This document shows positions 24,197 to 34,761 of a stretch of 48,791 nucleotides of DNA, piece by piece. A program made the translations under genes and the position numbers. Under the pieces are notes generated by a model. That model ran no database searches. It was not told the DNA's origin and saw only the letters and a list, made by a program, of their open reading frames with translations. How positions within the stretch are numbered: the stretch's first letter is position 1; the number at the start of each line of letters is the position of its first letter. The stretch comes from Chrysochromulina tobinii (lineage: Eukaryota), in the NCBI GenBank assembly GCA_001275005.1, contig JWZX01003146.1, forward strand, positions 1-48,791. The letters are read 5' to 3'.

Positions 24197-24426
24197 AAGC
24201 GCTGAAGGCTGAGCCGAGCAAGCGGCTCGAGCGGCGCCGCCCGCTCACGACGCGGCACGAAGGGCGGCGTCCTTGCGGCCGCTCTCGGCGGCGCTAAGAG
24301 AGACGTTACATGTACCGGCTCCCCCCGGTGTCTTTTTACCGGTACGAAACATTTCTTGGGCTCTTGAAGCTGCTGCAGTTGAAACTACAGTTCTTTGGTT
24401 TCCCACATTCTTCACGTCCGCGGGGA

Positions 24427-25950
24427 ATGCTGGTGGACGCGGTCGAGGCGGACGCCCAGATGGCCGTCAAAGGAGCAGAAGCGCTGGAGGTGGCCACAAA
24501 AGCTGAACTACCGATGCTCAGCGACGAAGATATATGTCTGATCCTCTCTTTGATGCCCATTGACAACCTTCCAGCGTGCGCTGCAATCTGCAAGCACTGG
24601 GCCGCGGTCCTTCGTGGGGATGGCCTGCTGTGGAGCAACATATTCACGCATCGTTTCGGCGGCACCGTGGAGCCGACCGCTGCGCGGCACGCTTGCAATC
24701 GGTGCATGTCGACTATTCGTGCGCTCGCCATGACGACCGAGTCGTGTCGAGGGATGCGCAAGACCGCGCATCACCTTAGGCCGCTCTCCAGGCGCGCAGG
24801 AGCGGCCGCTGGTCAACTTGGACCTCTGATTGTAATCTCAGGCGGCGCGACCGACCACTTTAACTTGACGAGCCATGTGGACGTATGTCTCTTTGCGAGC
24901 GATCGGAACGGGCGCGAGTTGGTGGCGCCTGCGGTCCATCCGTTGGGGGACAAGATGCCAGAGCGATGGCAGCACAGTGCCGTGAGCTGGAGAGAGGAGC
25001 TCTGGCTCTATGGCGGCCAAGACCGCGGGCGTGGACATCCTTGCGGGCTGCTGCACGTGCTCGCTCTTGGGGATAATTCGCCGAGCGCTCAGCGAGCAAG
25101 CTTGGGCGAGGAGAACATGCTTTGGCCGCCACAGATTAAGAGCCGGGCTGTGGGCCTCGTACGGTGCAAAGACGACGAGCTCCAGTCCAGTGTGGAGCTG
25201 CCTGTATTGTACTTCCCCGGGGAGGGCCCCGCTCTGACCGGCCACACCGCCCGCCTGGTGGAGGATGGGAACTTGGCTTACATGCTTTCGTTCGGTGGGA
25301 AGGCCGCGGGTGGCACGGTCACAAACTTGCTTTGGCGCATCAACCTTACTTGGGCGCATCCGATGGACGCCCTGTACGACGAGTGTGGACACCAATTCCT
25401 CGAATGGCGGCTGCTGCTGGCCACAGGGAGGACGCCATCACCCCGCTACTGCCACTCGGCGGTGGAACTCTCGCGCGGCTGCATGATCTTTGGCGGGTGG
25501 GCTCAGGGGCGGGATCCGGGCGCTACGCAGCTCAATCAGGGCACCGTGTTCCTCAGCGACCTTCACGTGCTCGAGCTGCCGTCGATGAGCTGGGTTGCGC
25601 CGGATGTTTCGGGCTCGGTTCCACGCGGGCGGTGCCAGTCGGTGATGGTGGCGGCGCCCGATGAGGAACTCGTACTCGTATTCGGTGGTGCGTGCCACCA
25701 CGACCCCAAGCCTGGGCAGGCCTATGGAGACATGGTCTTGGACTTGTTCGACGTCGTCCTCTTACATGTGCCCACGATGACGTGGCTTCCGCAAAAGGGC
25801 TTGCCCTCGAATTATCAGCAGCGGGGCGGCACCAACACACTGATCCGCACCGTGGACGGTCGTTGCTTTGTCTTCGGTGGGATGAACAGTGACGAGGGCT
25901 GTAACGAGCCAAACTTTCTGAACGACCTCACTGAGCTGGTTGGTCTATAG
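24427..25950 (+). CDS. F-box + Kelch-repeat protein
   Basis: F-box (LPMLSDEDICLILSLMPIDNLPACAAICKHW) followed by Kelch-like repeats (RWQHSAV..LWLYGG; GHTA..FGG; PRYCHSA..IFGG). Start placed at the ATG at 24427. Confidence 0.85.
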   Translation: MLVDAVEADAQMAVKGAEALEVATKAELPMLSDEDICLILSLMPIDNLPACAAICKHWAAVLRGDGLLWSNIFTHRFGGTVEPTAARHACNRCMSTIRALAMTTESCRGMRKTAHHLRPLSRRAGAAAGQLGPLIVISGGATDHFNLTSHVDVCLFASDRNGRELVAPAVHPLGDKMPERWQHSAVSWREELWLYGGQDRGRGHPCGLLHVLALGDNSPSAQRASLGEENMLWPPQIKSRAVGLVRCKDDELQSSVELPVLYFPGEGPALTGHTARLVEDGNLAYMLSFGGKAAGGTVTNLLWRINLTWAHPMDALYDECGHQFLEWRLLLATGRTPSPRYCHSAVELSRGCMIFGGWAQGRDPGATQLNQGTVFLSDLHVLELPSMSWVAPDVSGSVPRGRCQSVMVAAPDEELVLVFGGACHHDPKPGQAYGDMVLDLFDVVLLHVPTMTWLPQKGLPSNYQQRGGTNTLIRTVDGRCFVFGGMNSDEGCNEPNFLNDLTELVGL

Positions 25951-26379
25951 ATAGCAGGGGCGGAGACCCCGCGCTAGGAGAAGGTAGTCGACTTTAGTCG
26001 TGGGCGTAGCGCGGTGTTTTATAGCCGGCGGGGTTTCAGGCGGGGTGCCCGGGGCACGCTTAGACGTTTCCACGTCGGCGGTAGAGCTAAGAGCGTTTAC
26101 GTGAATACGCAATTCCCATGGCACGTTCCGCAATTGCGCAATACCGCGGCGGACGTAGTTACGTCTACGCACTACGGCGCACCGCTGGGAGGCGGAGCGT
26201 CCGAGATCACGAATATCGAAATAACATATCATGACATTTTGAAAAATCGGCCTAAGGTAGCCTCGTGACACTTCTCCTCCTGAGCCACATGTGCCGAGTG
26301 GCAGCGCGTCGGCGCACACGTCACGTCTCCATCCGGCTCCACCCCGGATGGAGGTGCGCACGCCGTGCGGCCTCACCCG

Positions 26380-27414
26380 CTAGAGTTCACGCTCGCCATC
26401 GAAAGCATGATCGATGCCGACGCTCTTGCGGCTCTGCTTTCCGCGCGCGAGCGCTTGCAGCCGCGTCGCGCTCGCGTGCTCATCGTCTGACGCGTCGGGA
26501 GCAGAGAGCGCCGCGGAGCCATCCTCTTGCAGCACCTTGACGTCGAGCTCATCAAGCTCATCAAGCTCAATTACGATGCGGTACGGCGCGGGCGCGGGGA
26601 CGGCCGCCGCAGCCGCCCGCGCCGCCGGCGCCCGCGCCGCCTCGTCGGGCGGTGGCGGCTTATCCGCACAAGCGTCGCCCGACTCGAGTATGTCGTCGGC
26701 TTCAACTGTTGGCAGCTCAACATCTGGCACTGACGGTGCGGGCGGCTTCACGGCTGGCGGCGCTGGCGGCGCTGGCGGCGCTGGCGGCGCTGACGGCGCT
26801 GGCGGCGCTGGCGGCACTGGCGGCGCTGGCGGCGGCTTCGCTGCGGCCGCAGCAGCCTCCGCAAGGCGAACAAGCGTCTGCTCGAGCTGCAACTGCGTGG
26901 TAGCGAGCGCCGCCTCGGCCTCGGCCTGCGCTGCATCGGCCTCGGCGAGCTTGACGGCCTGCTCATTGAAGGCAGCAACCTGCTCGTCGAGCAGCGTCTG
27001 CAACGCGTCGCTCCTCTCCACCTCCGCGTCGAGCTGCGACTGCATCTCGGCAAGCATGGTCGAGGCGGCCGTGGCGACAGAGTCCTCGCTCAGGCCAGCC
27101 GATGCTGCAAACGCCAGAGTCGACGCTCGCTGCTCAGCCGCTGCAGCGCGTGCTTCCGCGGCGGCCAGTGCCTCCTTGAGCTCGATGACCGTCTCTGGCG
27201 GCGGCCGCTCCTCACCGCCGCTGCGGGCCGAGGAGAGCTTCGCCGGCTTTTTACTGGAGACGGGTGAATCCTTACGAGGCGTCGTCCGGGCAACCGGCGA
27301 CGAGGAGCCTTTGCTAGCCTTCTCGACAGCCTTCTCGGCCGCCAACTTCGGCTTTACTGCTGCTGCTGGTGTCGCTGTTGTTGTTACGGTGGCTAGCTTG
27401 GCCTTGGGCGCCAT
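26380..27414 (-). CDS. Coiled-coil, Pro/Ala-rich protein with a C-terminal IQ-like calmodulin-binding motif
   Basis: Heptad-rich centre, (PPA)n repeat and ATRLQALARGKQSRK (IQxxxRGxxxR-like). The 3' end could be spliced further. Confidence 0.65.
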   Translation of the reverse strand: MAPKAKLATVTTTATPAAAVKPKLAAEKAVEKASKGSSSPVARTTPRKDSPVSSKKPAKLSSARSGGEERPPPETVIELKEALAAAEARAAAAEQRASTLAFAASAGLSEDSVATAASTMLAEMQSQLDAEVERSDALQTLLDEQVAAFNEQAVKLAEADAAQAEAEAALATTQLQLEQTLVRLAEAAAAAAKPPPAPPVPPAPPAPSAPPAPPAPPAPPAVKPPAPSVPDVELPTVEADDILESGDACADKPPPPDEAARAPAARAAAAAVPAPAPYRIVIELDELDELDVKVLQEDGSAALSAPDASDDEHASATRLQALARGKQSRKSVGIDHAFDGEREL

Positions 27415-27680
27415 TCTTGACCAGTTTGCTCGGAGTTTGGCGTGCTCCCTGAACTGTCGTTACTTTTCCTTTGAACAGCACCATGAAAACTGCCCTCGGG
27501 TGTTTGTGGACTCATGGGCGTTTCTTGGTAGGTATTACATGCCGAACTGACCCTGAGCGGACCACGCTTGAGCGCAGGTCAGGGAGGCGGCGCAGTGCCC
27601 GAGTCCCAAGCACAGTGTTTCGCAGGCCCGTGGGATACGGGGTGAGGGCCGCCCCGCTTTGCCTCTCCGCCGCGTGCCTC

Positions 27681-30089
27681 ATGTGGTCGCTCGCCGCAGC
27701 CGCTTCCGTCGAGCCTCGGCACAACGATGTCTTTGACACGTGGATGCGCACGCACGCAAAGGTCTACCCCTCAATGGAGGCGCGAATGGCAGCGCTCGAG
27801 GTCTTCGAGGCCAACGATAGGATGATCGAGGAGCACAACGCACGCAATGTATCCTTCACGCTGGGGCACAATGCCTACTCGGACCTGACGCATGCCGAGT
27901 TCCGACGGCGCATGCTCCCAGCACTTGGTGTGTCGTCTGAGAGCTTTGGTGGGCTCCGGGTCAAGGTCGAACCTGCCATGGGTCACGCCATGGATTTGGG
28001 CAACGTCAGCGACGTCGACTGGGCTGAAGCGGGCTTCGTGGAGCGCGTCAAAGACCAGGGACGCTGCGGGGCCTGCTGGGCGTTCGCGGTCGTGGGCGCC
28101 ATTGAGTCCGCCTTCGCCATCGGTGGCAACCCACTCACGTCACTGTCCGAGCAGGAGTTTGTCTCCTGCGACAAGGAGGAGCAAGCGTGCGCTGGTGGCA
28201 GCATCGAGCGGGCGACTGCATGGAGCGTGTTGCACCCGCTGTGCGATGAGGCAGACTGGCCATACACTTCCGGCCACACCGTCATGCCGGGCGAGTGCCC
28301 GGGGTCGCTTCCTTGCTCACCCAAGGTTTCCGTCGCCGCCTACAAAGGTACCTGGGGCGATGAGAAGGCCTTCGAAGCGGCAGTCGCGCGCCAACCCGTG
28401 GCGGCGGCGATCGCGGCGGGCAGTAAGGCGTTCCAATTCTACAAGAAGGGGATCTACGACGACGCCTCCTGTGGCACCGCCGTTGATCACGCCATCCTTC
28501 TCGTCGGTTTCGGTACCGACGTCGCGAGCCCGACCCCCGACTATTGGCGGCTCAAGAACTCGTGGGGCACGTCGTGGGGCGAGAAGGGCTTCATGCAGCT
28601 CGCACGCGGCAAGAACCAGTGCGGGATCGCGTCGGAGGCCGCGTGGCCGGTAGGGGTCCACAACGCGCCCCCGATGCCCCCGGAGTCGCCCCCGAGCCCC
28701 CCCTCGCCGCCCGCGCCCCCGAGCCTGCCGCCGCCGCCGGCACCGCCCTCGCTGAACGCATCTGAGGCGGCAAGTGTGGCCGCCGCCGCGGCGAGTCTGT
28801 TCTCGCTCGTGCTCGCGCTGCTCGGCCTGTGCTGCAGCTGCTGCGGTAGCCGCAAGGGCCGCTCGATCCTCGTCTACATCGCGCTCGGTTCGGCGCCCGC
28901 TTGCGTGGCTCTGCTGCTCTCGCGCTGGAGCCGCATGAGCCACCAGCTGCTCGGCACGGCGCCGTCAACCACCGCATGGGCGGACGGTTGGGCATGCGCC
29001 GACCCGACTGCCGACGACAACTACACGACGCTCTTCACCCCGTGCGCGGTCCTCGCCTTTGCCAACGTGCTCGCCACCTCGGCCCCGCTCTGGGTCTGCT
29101 CGCTCGCGCTGCATCTGCTCTCTCGAAGCACGTGCCCGACCGGCACTCGCCCATGGGAGGCGACGCGCCACATGGTGTGCGACCTGCTCCCGCTCCTCAC
29201 ATGCGTGCTACTCGTCCTCGATCGCGGATGCGACATCGGTGTCAACCTACTCGGACCCCTCTGCAGCAACCGCACGCTGCTCGGCGGCCCGCGACTGGCC
29301 TCGTGGATGCCCCTCGCGGCGGGGTTCGTCAACAGCGCGGCCATGGCTGAGCACGGCGACTGGGTGCCCAGCGCGCTGCTCGGCGCGCCCGTCGCGCTCG
29401 CGCTCGGCACGGCGCTGCTAGCCTCGCTGGCGAGCCTGTGCGCACGCACGCGGCTCGCCGAGCAGCACCTCCTCTACGAGGAGCCCGCAGCGCTCGAGCC
29501 GTGGGCAAGCTCGCTCTTCTTCCTGGCGCTGTCGAGCGCCGTGCTGGGCGTGCCGCTCGCTTTCCACGTCGACGAGCGCCGTTGGAGAGCCGCCCAGCAC
29601 GGCGCCTCCACCGCGAACGGCAGCACGCCCGACACGGCGCCTCACGAGCGGCTCGAGGTGGGCGCGAGCGCGCTGTACCCGGCGCTTGGGTTCGTGGCCA
29701 TCGCCGTCTGGAGGTGCTGCCCGAGCCGACCTGAGCGCCGTGGTGGGCGGCGCCACGCCCTGCGGTACGGTGATCACGCTCACCACGGCGCGCTACCGGT
29801 AACGCGCGCGCTTGCGACCATCAACAGCGAAGAGTTACACCAGCATAACCATGCGCAGACGCAGACACGGCGGCACGGCAACAGCATCAGCATCCTCGAC
29901 CCCCTGGGCGCCCCCTTGGGCGCCGCTCCCGAGGCGATGCTGTACGATCACCTGTACGACCCCCTCGGAGCCTCCTGCCCAACCGACGGCCAAGGGCCCC
30001 TCAAGGCGTTGGTCTCGTCGGCGCCCACCACTACGACGCCCACCCGAGGTCACAGCGGCGGCGCAGCCGGCGCGGCCGCGAGCCTGTAA
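27681..30089 (+). CDS. Papain-family (C1A) cysteine protease with I29 propeptide, Pro-rich linker and multi-pass TM C-terminal region
   Basis: ERFNIN-like and GxNxYxD propeptide motifs; catalytic QGRCGACWAF, DHAILLVGFG and KNSWG; several hydrophobic helices after the PPSPP linker. Start uncertain. Confidence 0.85.
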   Translation: MWSLAAAASVEPRHNDVFDTWMRTHAKVYPSMEARMAALEVFEANDRMIEEHNARNVSFTLGHNAYSDLTHAEFRRRMLPALGVSSESFGGLRVKVEPAMGHAMDLGNVSDVDWAEAGFVERVKDQGRCGACWAFAVVGAIESAFAIGGNPLTSLSEQEFVSCDKEEQACAGGSIERATAWSVLHPLCDEADWPYTSGHTVMPGECPGSLPCSPKVSVAAYKGTWGDEKAFEAAVARQPVAAAIAAGSKAFQFYKKGIYDDASCGTAVDHAILLVGFGTDVASPTPDYWRLKNSWGTSWGEKGFMQLARGKNQCGIASEAAWPVGVHNAPPMPPESPPSPPSPPAPPSLPPPPAPPSLNASEAASVAAAAASLFSLVLALLGLCCSCCGSRKGRSILVYIALGSAPACVALLLSRWSRMSHQLLGTAPSTTAWADGWACADPTADDNYTTLFTPCAVLAFANVLATSAPLWVCSLALHLLSRSTCPTGTRPWEATRHMVCDLLPLLTCVLLVLDRGCDIGVNLLGPLCSNRTLLGGPRLASWMPLAAGFVNSAAMAEHGDWVPSALLGAPVALALGTALLASLASLCARTRLAEQHLLYEEPAALEPWASSLFFLALSSAVLGVPLAFHVDERRWRAAQHGASTANGSTPDTAPHERLEVGASALYPALGFVAIAVWRCCPSRPERRGGRRHALRYGDHAHHGALPVTRALATINSEELHQHNHAQTQTRRHGNSISILDPLGAPLGAAPEAMLYDHLYDPLGASCPTDGQGPLKALVSSAPTTTTPTRGHSGGAAGAAASL

Positions 30090-30107
30090 GAGCCTTGGAT
30101 GCCGCAG

Positions 30108-30149
30108 GATCTCGACTAGATCTCGACTAGATCTCGACTAGATCTCGAC
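30108..30149. repeat. 11-bp tandem repeat (GATCTCGACTA) x3.8
   Basis: Read directly, just downstream of the protease stop codon. Confidence 0.9.
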
Positions 30150-30467
30150 CACCCTGCGAGCGGCGCCGCGCCGCCGCCCCAGTACTCGGCCACGCCGGGC
30201 CTGTACCCGCGGGTGACCGAGTCCAGCGACTATTAGCACGCATGCGGATTTCCCGCGGCATCATGAGCATCAGCATGGAGATCGGAAGAGACCGCGGGAC
30301 CGTGCGCAGCACTGGCGCAGCAACCAGCATAGGAGCGGTAGGACAATTCTGAGAGTGATGGATCTCCCTGCGTATTTAGAGCGACAGACGTAAGGTTGCC
30401 AGTATTTCGTGTGTGTCCTTGACCGCGCTGTGTTGGGCACATTCTGCGGCCGACCATGTGAGCGCCT

Positions 30468-31253
30468 ATGAGTTGGAGCTTCCTCGAGGCTGCGGGATCC
30501 CGCGGGCGCGATCTCAACGGCTCCGACTGCCTGTATGGCGAGTGCCACCTCGAGCACGCGCTTGTGGCGGTGCGGTTGGTAGCTGGTGCCGGCCGAGGCG
30601 TGTTCGCTCTGAGCCTCATTGAGCCCGGCACTGAACTTTGGTCTGAATCGCCACTCACATATGCGGAATCGCGTGAAGCGCTGGTGCAAAAGGTTGATGC
30701 CATGGTGTGCCACTTTGAGAGCCTCTGTCGAAAGCGTCGCGCTTCTAGCAAGGGTGAGGGCATCGTGGCGTGCAATTTCTTCGAACAAGGCGTGCTTGGC
30801 GCAAACCTGTTCAAGCAAACAAGTTTGCTCAACCATGCGTGCTGCCCGACTGCCTCATTGCATTTCGAACACAAGTCTTTTTCAGGCGAGTGCCGAGTAC
30901 GCGCCATCGTGGCGCAGCGCTTGGACTGCGGTAAAGAAGTCTGCATCAGCTACAGCGCCACCGCGCTCTTCATGCCGACGGTCGAGCGGCGAAAGTGGCT
31001 TCACGACCGCTGGGGATTCTGGTGCCGGTGTCCACGGTGCGAAGGCACGCTCCCAGAGACTGACCTGAGGCGGTGGGCGCTGCTTGAGGAGGCAGCCGCG
31101 GCGGCCGATGCCCTCGGCAAGCCACGACCCAAGACCGTTGACCCCGCGGTGGTTGCGCTACAGCGGCGAGCCGCCGAGGTAATCGGTGTTTGGCTGCCGG
31201 ACCTCGCCGAGGGTGCGCGATTCACAGAGTCGGCCGAGTACCTTGCGAGTTGA
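30468..31253 (+). CDS. Small SET-domain protein
   Basis: GRGVFA, LLNHACCP, EVCISY and post-SET WGFWCRCPRC. Confidence 0.85.
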   Translation: MSWSFLEAAGSRGRDLNGSDCLYGECHLEHALVAVRLVAGAGRGVFALSLIEPGTELWSESPLTYAESREALVQKVDAMVCHFESLCRKRRASSKGEGIVACNFFEQGVLGANLFKQTSLLNHACCPTASLHFEHKSFSGECRVRAIVAQRLDCGKEVCISYSATALFMPTVERRKWLHDRWGFWCRCPRCEGTLPETDLRRWALLEEAAAAADALGKPRPKTVDPAVVALQRRAAEVIGVWLPDLAEGARFTESAEYLAS

Positions 31254-31416
31254 TGATGGGCGGAGTTTGGGTAGTACCTGGAGATAGCAAGTGCTATCTC
31301 CCGACGAGTGGCACGATCAAATGTAGTTGTGTGTGTTTTCTCTCGTCTTTCCGTCTCACACACAAGACACATGATCGTGGTTCACTGCACGCCGATCGGA
31401 TGAAAGCTCGCCGTGC

Positions 31417-34161
31417 ATGCATTTCTTGCATCGTATTTTGGGATTAGCCACAGTTTCATATTCTGGAAACGCGTGGAATGGCCACACGCACATACGTCTC
31501 GGCCTCGAGAATAAGGAGGAGATGCTTGCAGATCTGCAGGAGGCTCACTCGACCCTTCAGCGCGCGGTGAAGATGCTGCACCGCTCTGCGCCCACCCCGG
31601 TCACCACCGTTGCACAGTTGCACAGTTTTCCGCCAGCGCACCGCCAGGTCAACAACACCTTCTCCGCGTTGCGCAACAAAGACAAGGACGTTGCCGCCGC
31701 CGTCGCCGGCTCCACCCAGACGATGACCCGCGCGGCGTCCGCGCCGCCTGGGCCTTTGGGCATCGCTCGGCGATTCGCTGTTCTCGGCGGCAGGCCTGCG
31801 AGCCCGGCAAAGTCCGAGTTTGTCTTGGTGCCGACCAGCGCTCCCAACAAGGCGGCAAGGCACATGGGCGTGGTTGCACGTCAGGCGCTCGGGTTGGCAT
31901 CCTCGTCGCACGCCCAGCCACTCTTGCAGCCGCAGCTGCACGAGATGCTTCTCGAGCTCGAGCGCAAGGATCGCGAGAACGCTCGGCTCAAGGACACGCT
32001 CGGCGCCCTTGCCAAGGAGCGCGATGCGGCCATCGAGTCGGGATGCAAGGCAGCGAGAGCGATCGCGCGGAACGACGAGGACCTCGCTCGGATTCGTCAC
32101 ATGCTCGAGAAAGCCGAGGAGGATCAGAAGCGGGAGCGCGCGGCGGCCGAGAGCTTGGCGTCACGCCTTGAGGTGACGTTGCGCGAGCTGGGGGAGATGC
32201 GTTCGAAGGTCTTCCAGCTCGAGGGCGAGGTCGTAAATCTGAAAGCCGCCAACGAGGCTGCTTCCGAGAGCCGTATTCATGCGGAGGCTGCTTTGGCAGA
32301 GAGTGCGTCGAGGGAGCAAAGGTGCATCAATGAGACGCGCCTAGCGAGGCAGACGGCGGAAGCACACGCCGATCTGTACAAGAAGGAGCTCGCGGCGGCC
32401 GCCAAGGTCCTCGCGGCCGACGCGGAGCTCAAGGCGAGCCGCTCTGCCGATGCGGCGGCGGCCGAGCAGAGGCGCCGAGCGCGGCGCGAGGCGAGGATGC
32501 TCGGGGAGGCTCGGGATACGCGCGAGCTGCTCGCGGCGAGGCAGGAGGAGCTCTCACGGATGAGTGAGAGCGATCTCATCGAGCTCACCGCACCGTATGT
32601 GGAAGCGGCCGCCGTGTGGGCAGCTCTCGAGCCCCGACCGCTGGGTTCGGATCCGTCGGGCATCGGGTGGCAGACAGCACCCCCGATCGCGCTGCTGTCA
32701 GCCAACTGGCTGCGCACTCAACGGGATGGTGGCCTGCCTGAGCGACAGAGGCTGCCTCCCGAGGCGTTCATTACGGTGGAAGTGCTGCGCTCGATGGTCG
32801 GCACGTCGCCAAAGGGCACCGCGCCCAAAGGGGGGAGCTCCTTCCTCTACCGCCCCCTGCCGATCATCTGCATCCTGCACGGCCGTATGGCGCTGGCCAT
32901 GGGCGGCGCGACGCACCCGGACCCTTCTGGCCATCATCTCCGCCTCATCGCGCGCACGCTCAACGAGCGCTGGTCCGAGTTCACCCGAGGGCGCGCAGGC
33001 ACCTCCCTCACGGGCATCACCGACCTGGGGATCTTGTACGAGTGGGGCTCGCTCTTCATGGCCCCTCTCGAGGCGAGCTCCGGAAAGCCCCTGCGCCGCC
33101 GCTCAGCCCTTGAGGCGCTTGCCTTTGGGGCAGGGCTCGAGGCACTTGACACGCTCTTTGCTTCGCGCCTCACTACCGTGTGGATCCTGCCGGACGAGAC
33201 CCCCGGGGGCGGACTTGGGGGGAGGGCAGAGGACGACGAGCTGCAGCCGCTGTTTGCGGAGGCTTGGCCGTGTTACCTGCACCAGATAGCGACCCTCATC
33301 AAGCCCTGCACTCTCCAACTTGAGGGACCGACGTGGCCGCAGATTCTCACCCTCAGCACCAGTGGCGCCACCTCCCAGTTCGGGGCGGAGGCCGTCACAG
33401 CGTCGTTTCTTCCGCGGTGTGCGCCGCCTGCCGAGCCGCTCGCCTTTCGCCGCGGCCACCGGCTAGCGGCGCACGTGGGCGCATGGAGCGCGTCATCATG
33501 TCCGTATGCACTCGAACGCATCGAAGCACAGTTCAGCTCCGTCACCCTCGCGGCGCTCGGTGGCATTGAGGAGCTCGTCTTCCGACGGTGCGGATGGGCC
33601 GATGAGAGCGCGGCGCGCTTGGCGAGCGTGCTGCCCGCATGCGGCCGGCTACGGCGTCTTGTGCTCTCGGCGAACGCCATCGGCGATCGGGGCGCAGTGG
33701 CGCTCGCGACGGCGCTCGCCACCCCGACGCTAGCCAGCCTCGAGGTCCTCGCACTTGACCACAACGCCATCGGCGACGCCGGCGGCGCTGCTCTCTTCCG
33801 CGCCGCGACGCTCGGCGAGCGCTGTGGCGAGCACATCGGGCAGCCCCATGAGGTGCAAGCAGCGACTCCGAAGGATGTCAACACGATGCCCACGGGGGCG
33901 CCCAGCACGGCGCAGGAGCCCTCATCGCGCCTGCCCACGCCATGTAGGGCGCACGGCCTGCCGCGCCTACAGACCCTCGCCCTGAGCCACAACGAGCTGA
34001 GTGACGCCTCGGTGCTCGGGCTCCTCGGAGCGCTCATAGCGGGGAGTGCCCTGCTGGGGATCGTCAAGGTGGAGCTCGAGGGCAATCCGATCACACAGGC
34101 CACGCTCAAGGAGATGGCCAAGGCGCTCAAGAAGGCGAAGAAGAAACGCGGTGGTAAGTAG
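31417..34161 (+). CDS. Coiled-coil + central HPDP-motif domain + RNI-like leucine-rich repeat protein
   Basis: Long coiled coil; central LLSANWL..LPERQRLPPEAF..HPDPSGHHL..YEWGSLF; LRRs LRRLVLSANAIGDRGA, LEVLALDHNAIGDAGG and LQTLALSHNELSD. Start uncertain (ATGs at 31417, 31478, 31522). Confidence 0.75.
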   Translation: MHFLHRILGLATVSYSGNAWNGHTHIRLGLENKEEMLADLQEAHSTLQRAVKMLHRSAPTPVTTVAQLHSFPPAHRQVNNTFSALRNKDKDVAAAVAGSTQTMTRAASAPPGPLGIARRFAVLGGRPASPAKSEFVLVPTSAPNKAARHMGVVARQALGLASSSHAQPLLQPQLHEMLLELERKDRENARLKDTLGALAKERDAAIESGCKAARAIARNDEDLARIRHMLEKAEEDQKRERAAAESLASRLEVTLRELGEMRSKVFQLEGEVVNLKAANEAASESRIHAEAALAESASREQRCINETRLARQTAEAHADLYKKELAAAAKVLAADAELKASRSADAAAAEQRRRARREARMLGEARDTRELLAARQEELSRMSESDLIELTAPYVEAAAVWAALEPRPLGSDPSGIGWQTAPPIALLSANWLRTQRDGGLPERQRLPPEAFITVEVLRSMVGTSPKGTAPKGGSSFLYRPLPIICILHGRMALAMGGATHPDPSGHHLRLIARTLNERWSEFTRGRAGTSLTGITDLGILYEWGSLFMAPLEASSGKPLRRRSALEALAFGAGLEALDTLFASRLTTVWILPDETPGGGLGGRAEDDELQPLFAEAWPCYLHQIATLIKPCTLQLEGPTWPQILTLSTSGATSQFGAEAVTASFLPRCAPPAEPLAFRRGHRLAAHVGAWSASSCPYALERIEAQFSSVTLAALGGIEELVFRRCGWADESAARLASVLPACGRLRRLVLSANAIGDRGAVALATALATPTLASLEVLALDHNAIGDAGGAALFRAATLGERCGEHIGQPHEVQAATPKDVNTMPTGAPSTAQEPSSRLPTPCRAHGLPRLQTLALSHNELSDASVLGLLGALIAGSALLGIVKVELEGNPITQATLKEMAKALKKAKKKRGGK

Positions 34162-34761
34162 TTCACACACGAATGCAAACCTCTCGCACGCTACAGAAAC
34201 GCGACGAGATCAGCTGTGAGCTGTACAGTGAATCAGCTCCTGTCGCAAAGTAGATCCAACATGCAAAGATCCGAAAGTGGTCAGCGTCGACGTGCCCCCC
34301 TCCGCCCCTGGGCGCGAGTCTGACGTGACACGTGTGTTTGCAGCGCGGCCGACCCGATCACGGGCCGGACCCGGCGTGACGGCTGACGAAGCTGAAAGGG
34401 CTTCATTAGGTTTTCTAAACGACACTTCACATGAGCTGGAGAACAGCGCCTTCACCATGGCCTTCACTCTCCAGTACACGTACCAGTCGGTGAGCCGCGA
34501 GCCGCGCGTCGCATCGCAATACCACCCAATCACCACACGCTACTACTGCCGCTTCCTTATCGACTCGCGCGTCGCTCTCGACGTCGCTCGCGTCCGCCAG
34601 AACCAACAGAGAGTCCGCGCTGCCTCGTCGCTCGCGTCGTCCCCTCCCGGCTCGCGTCGCCGCTCGCCGGCATCGTCGACCAAGCAGTATTGTCATCGAC
34701 TGCGCCGTGCGCCTCATGCCCATCGCCGCCGCTGCCTTCGGACCGCCTCGTGCCCGGCTGC

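Noticed and set aside
26414..27550. Long antisense or alternative-frame ORFs (for example 26414-27550 +, 10222-11409 -, 16526-17587 -, 36132-37199 -, 44156-45373 +)
   Set aside because: These are shadow frames of GC-rich genes with Arg/Ala/Ser-biased translations and no motifs.
30108..30149. Short direct-repeat arrays (here, 22417-22446 and 46860-46897) as CRISPR-like arrays
   Set aside because: They are head-to-tail 11-12 bp units with no spacers and no cas genes, in a eukaryotic context.
34210..34723. Possible small gene or extra exon between the LRR and DnaJ genes
   Set aside because: Several overlapping short ORFs, none with a recognisable motif or clear splice signals. I cannot choose a frame.
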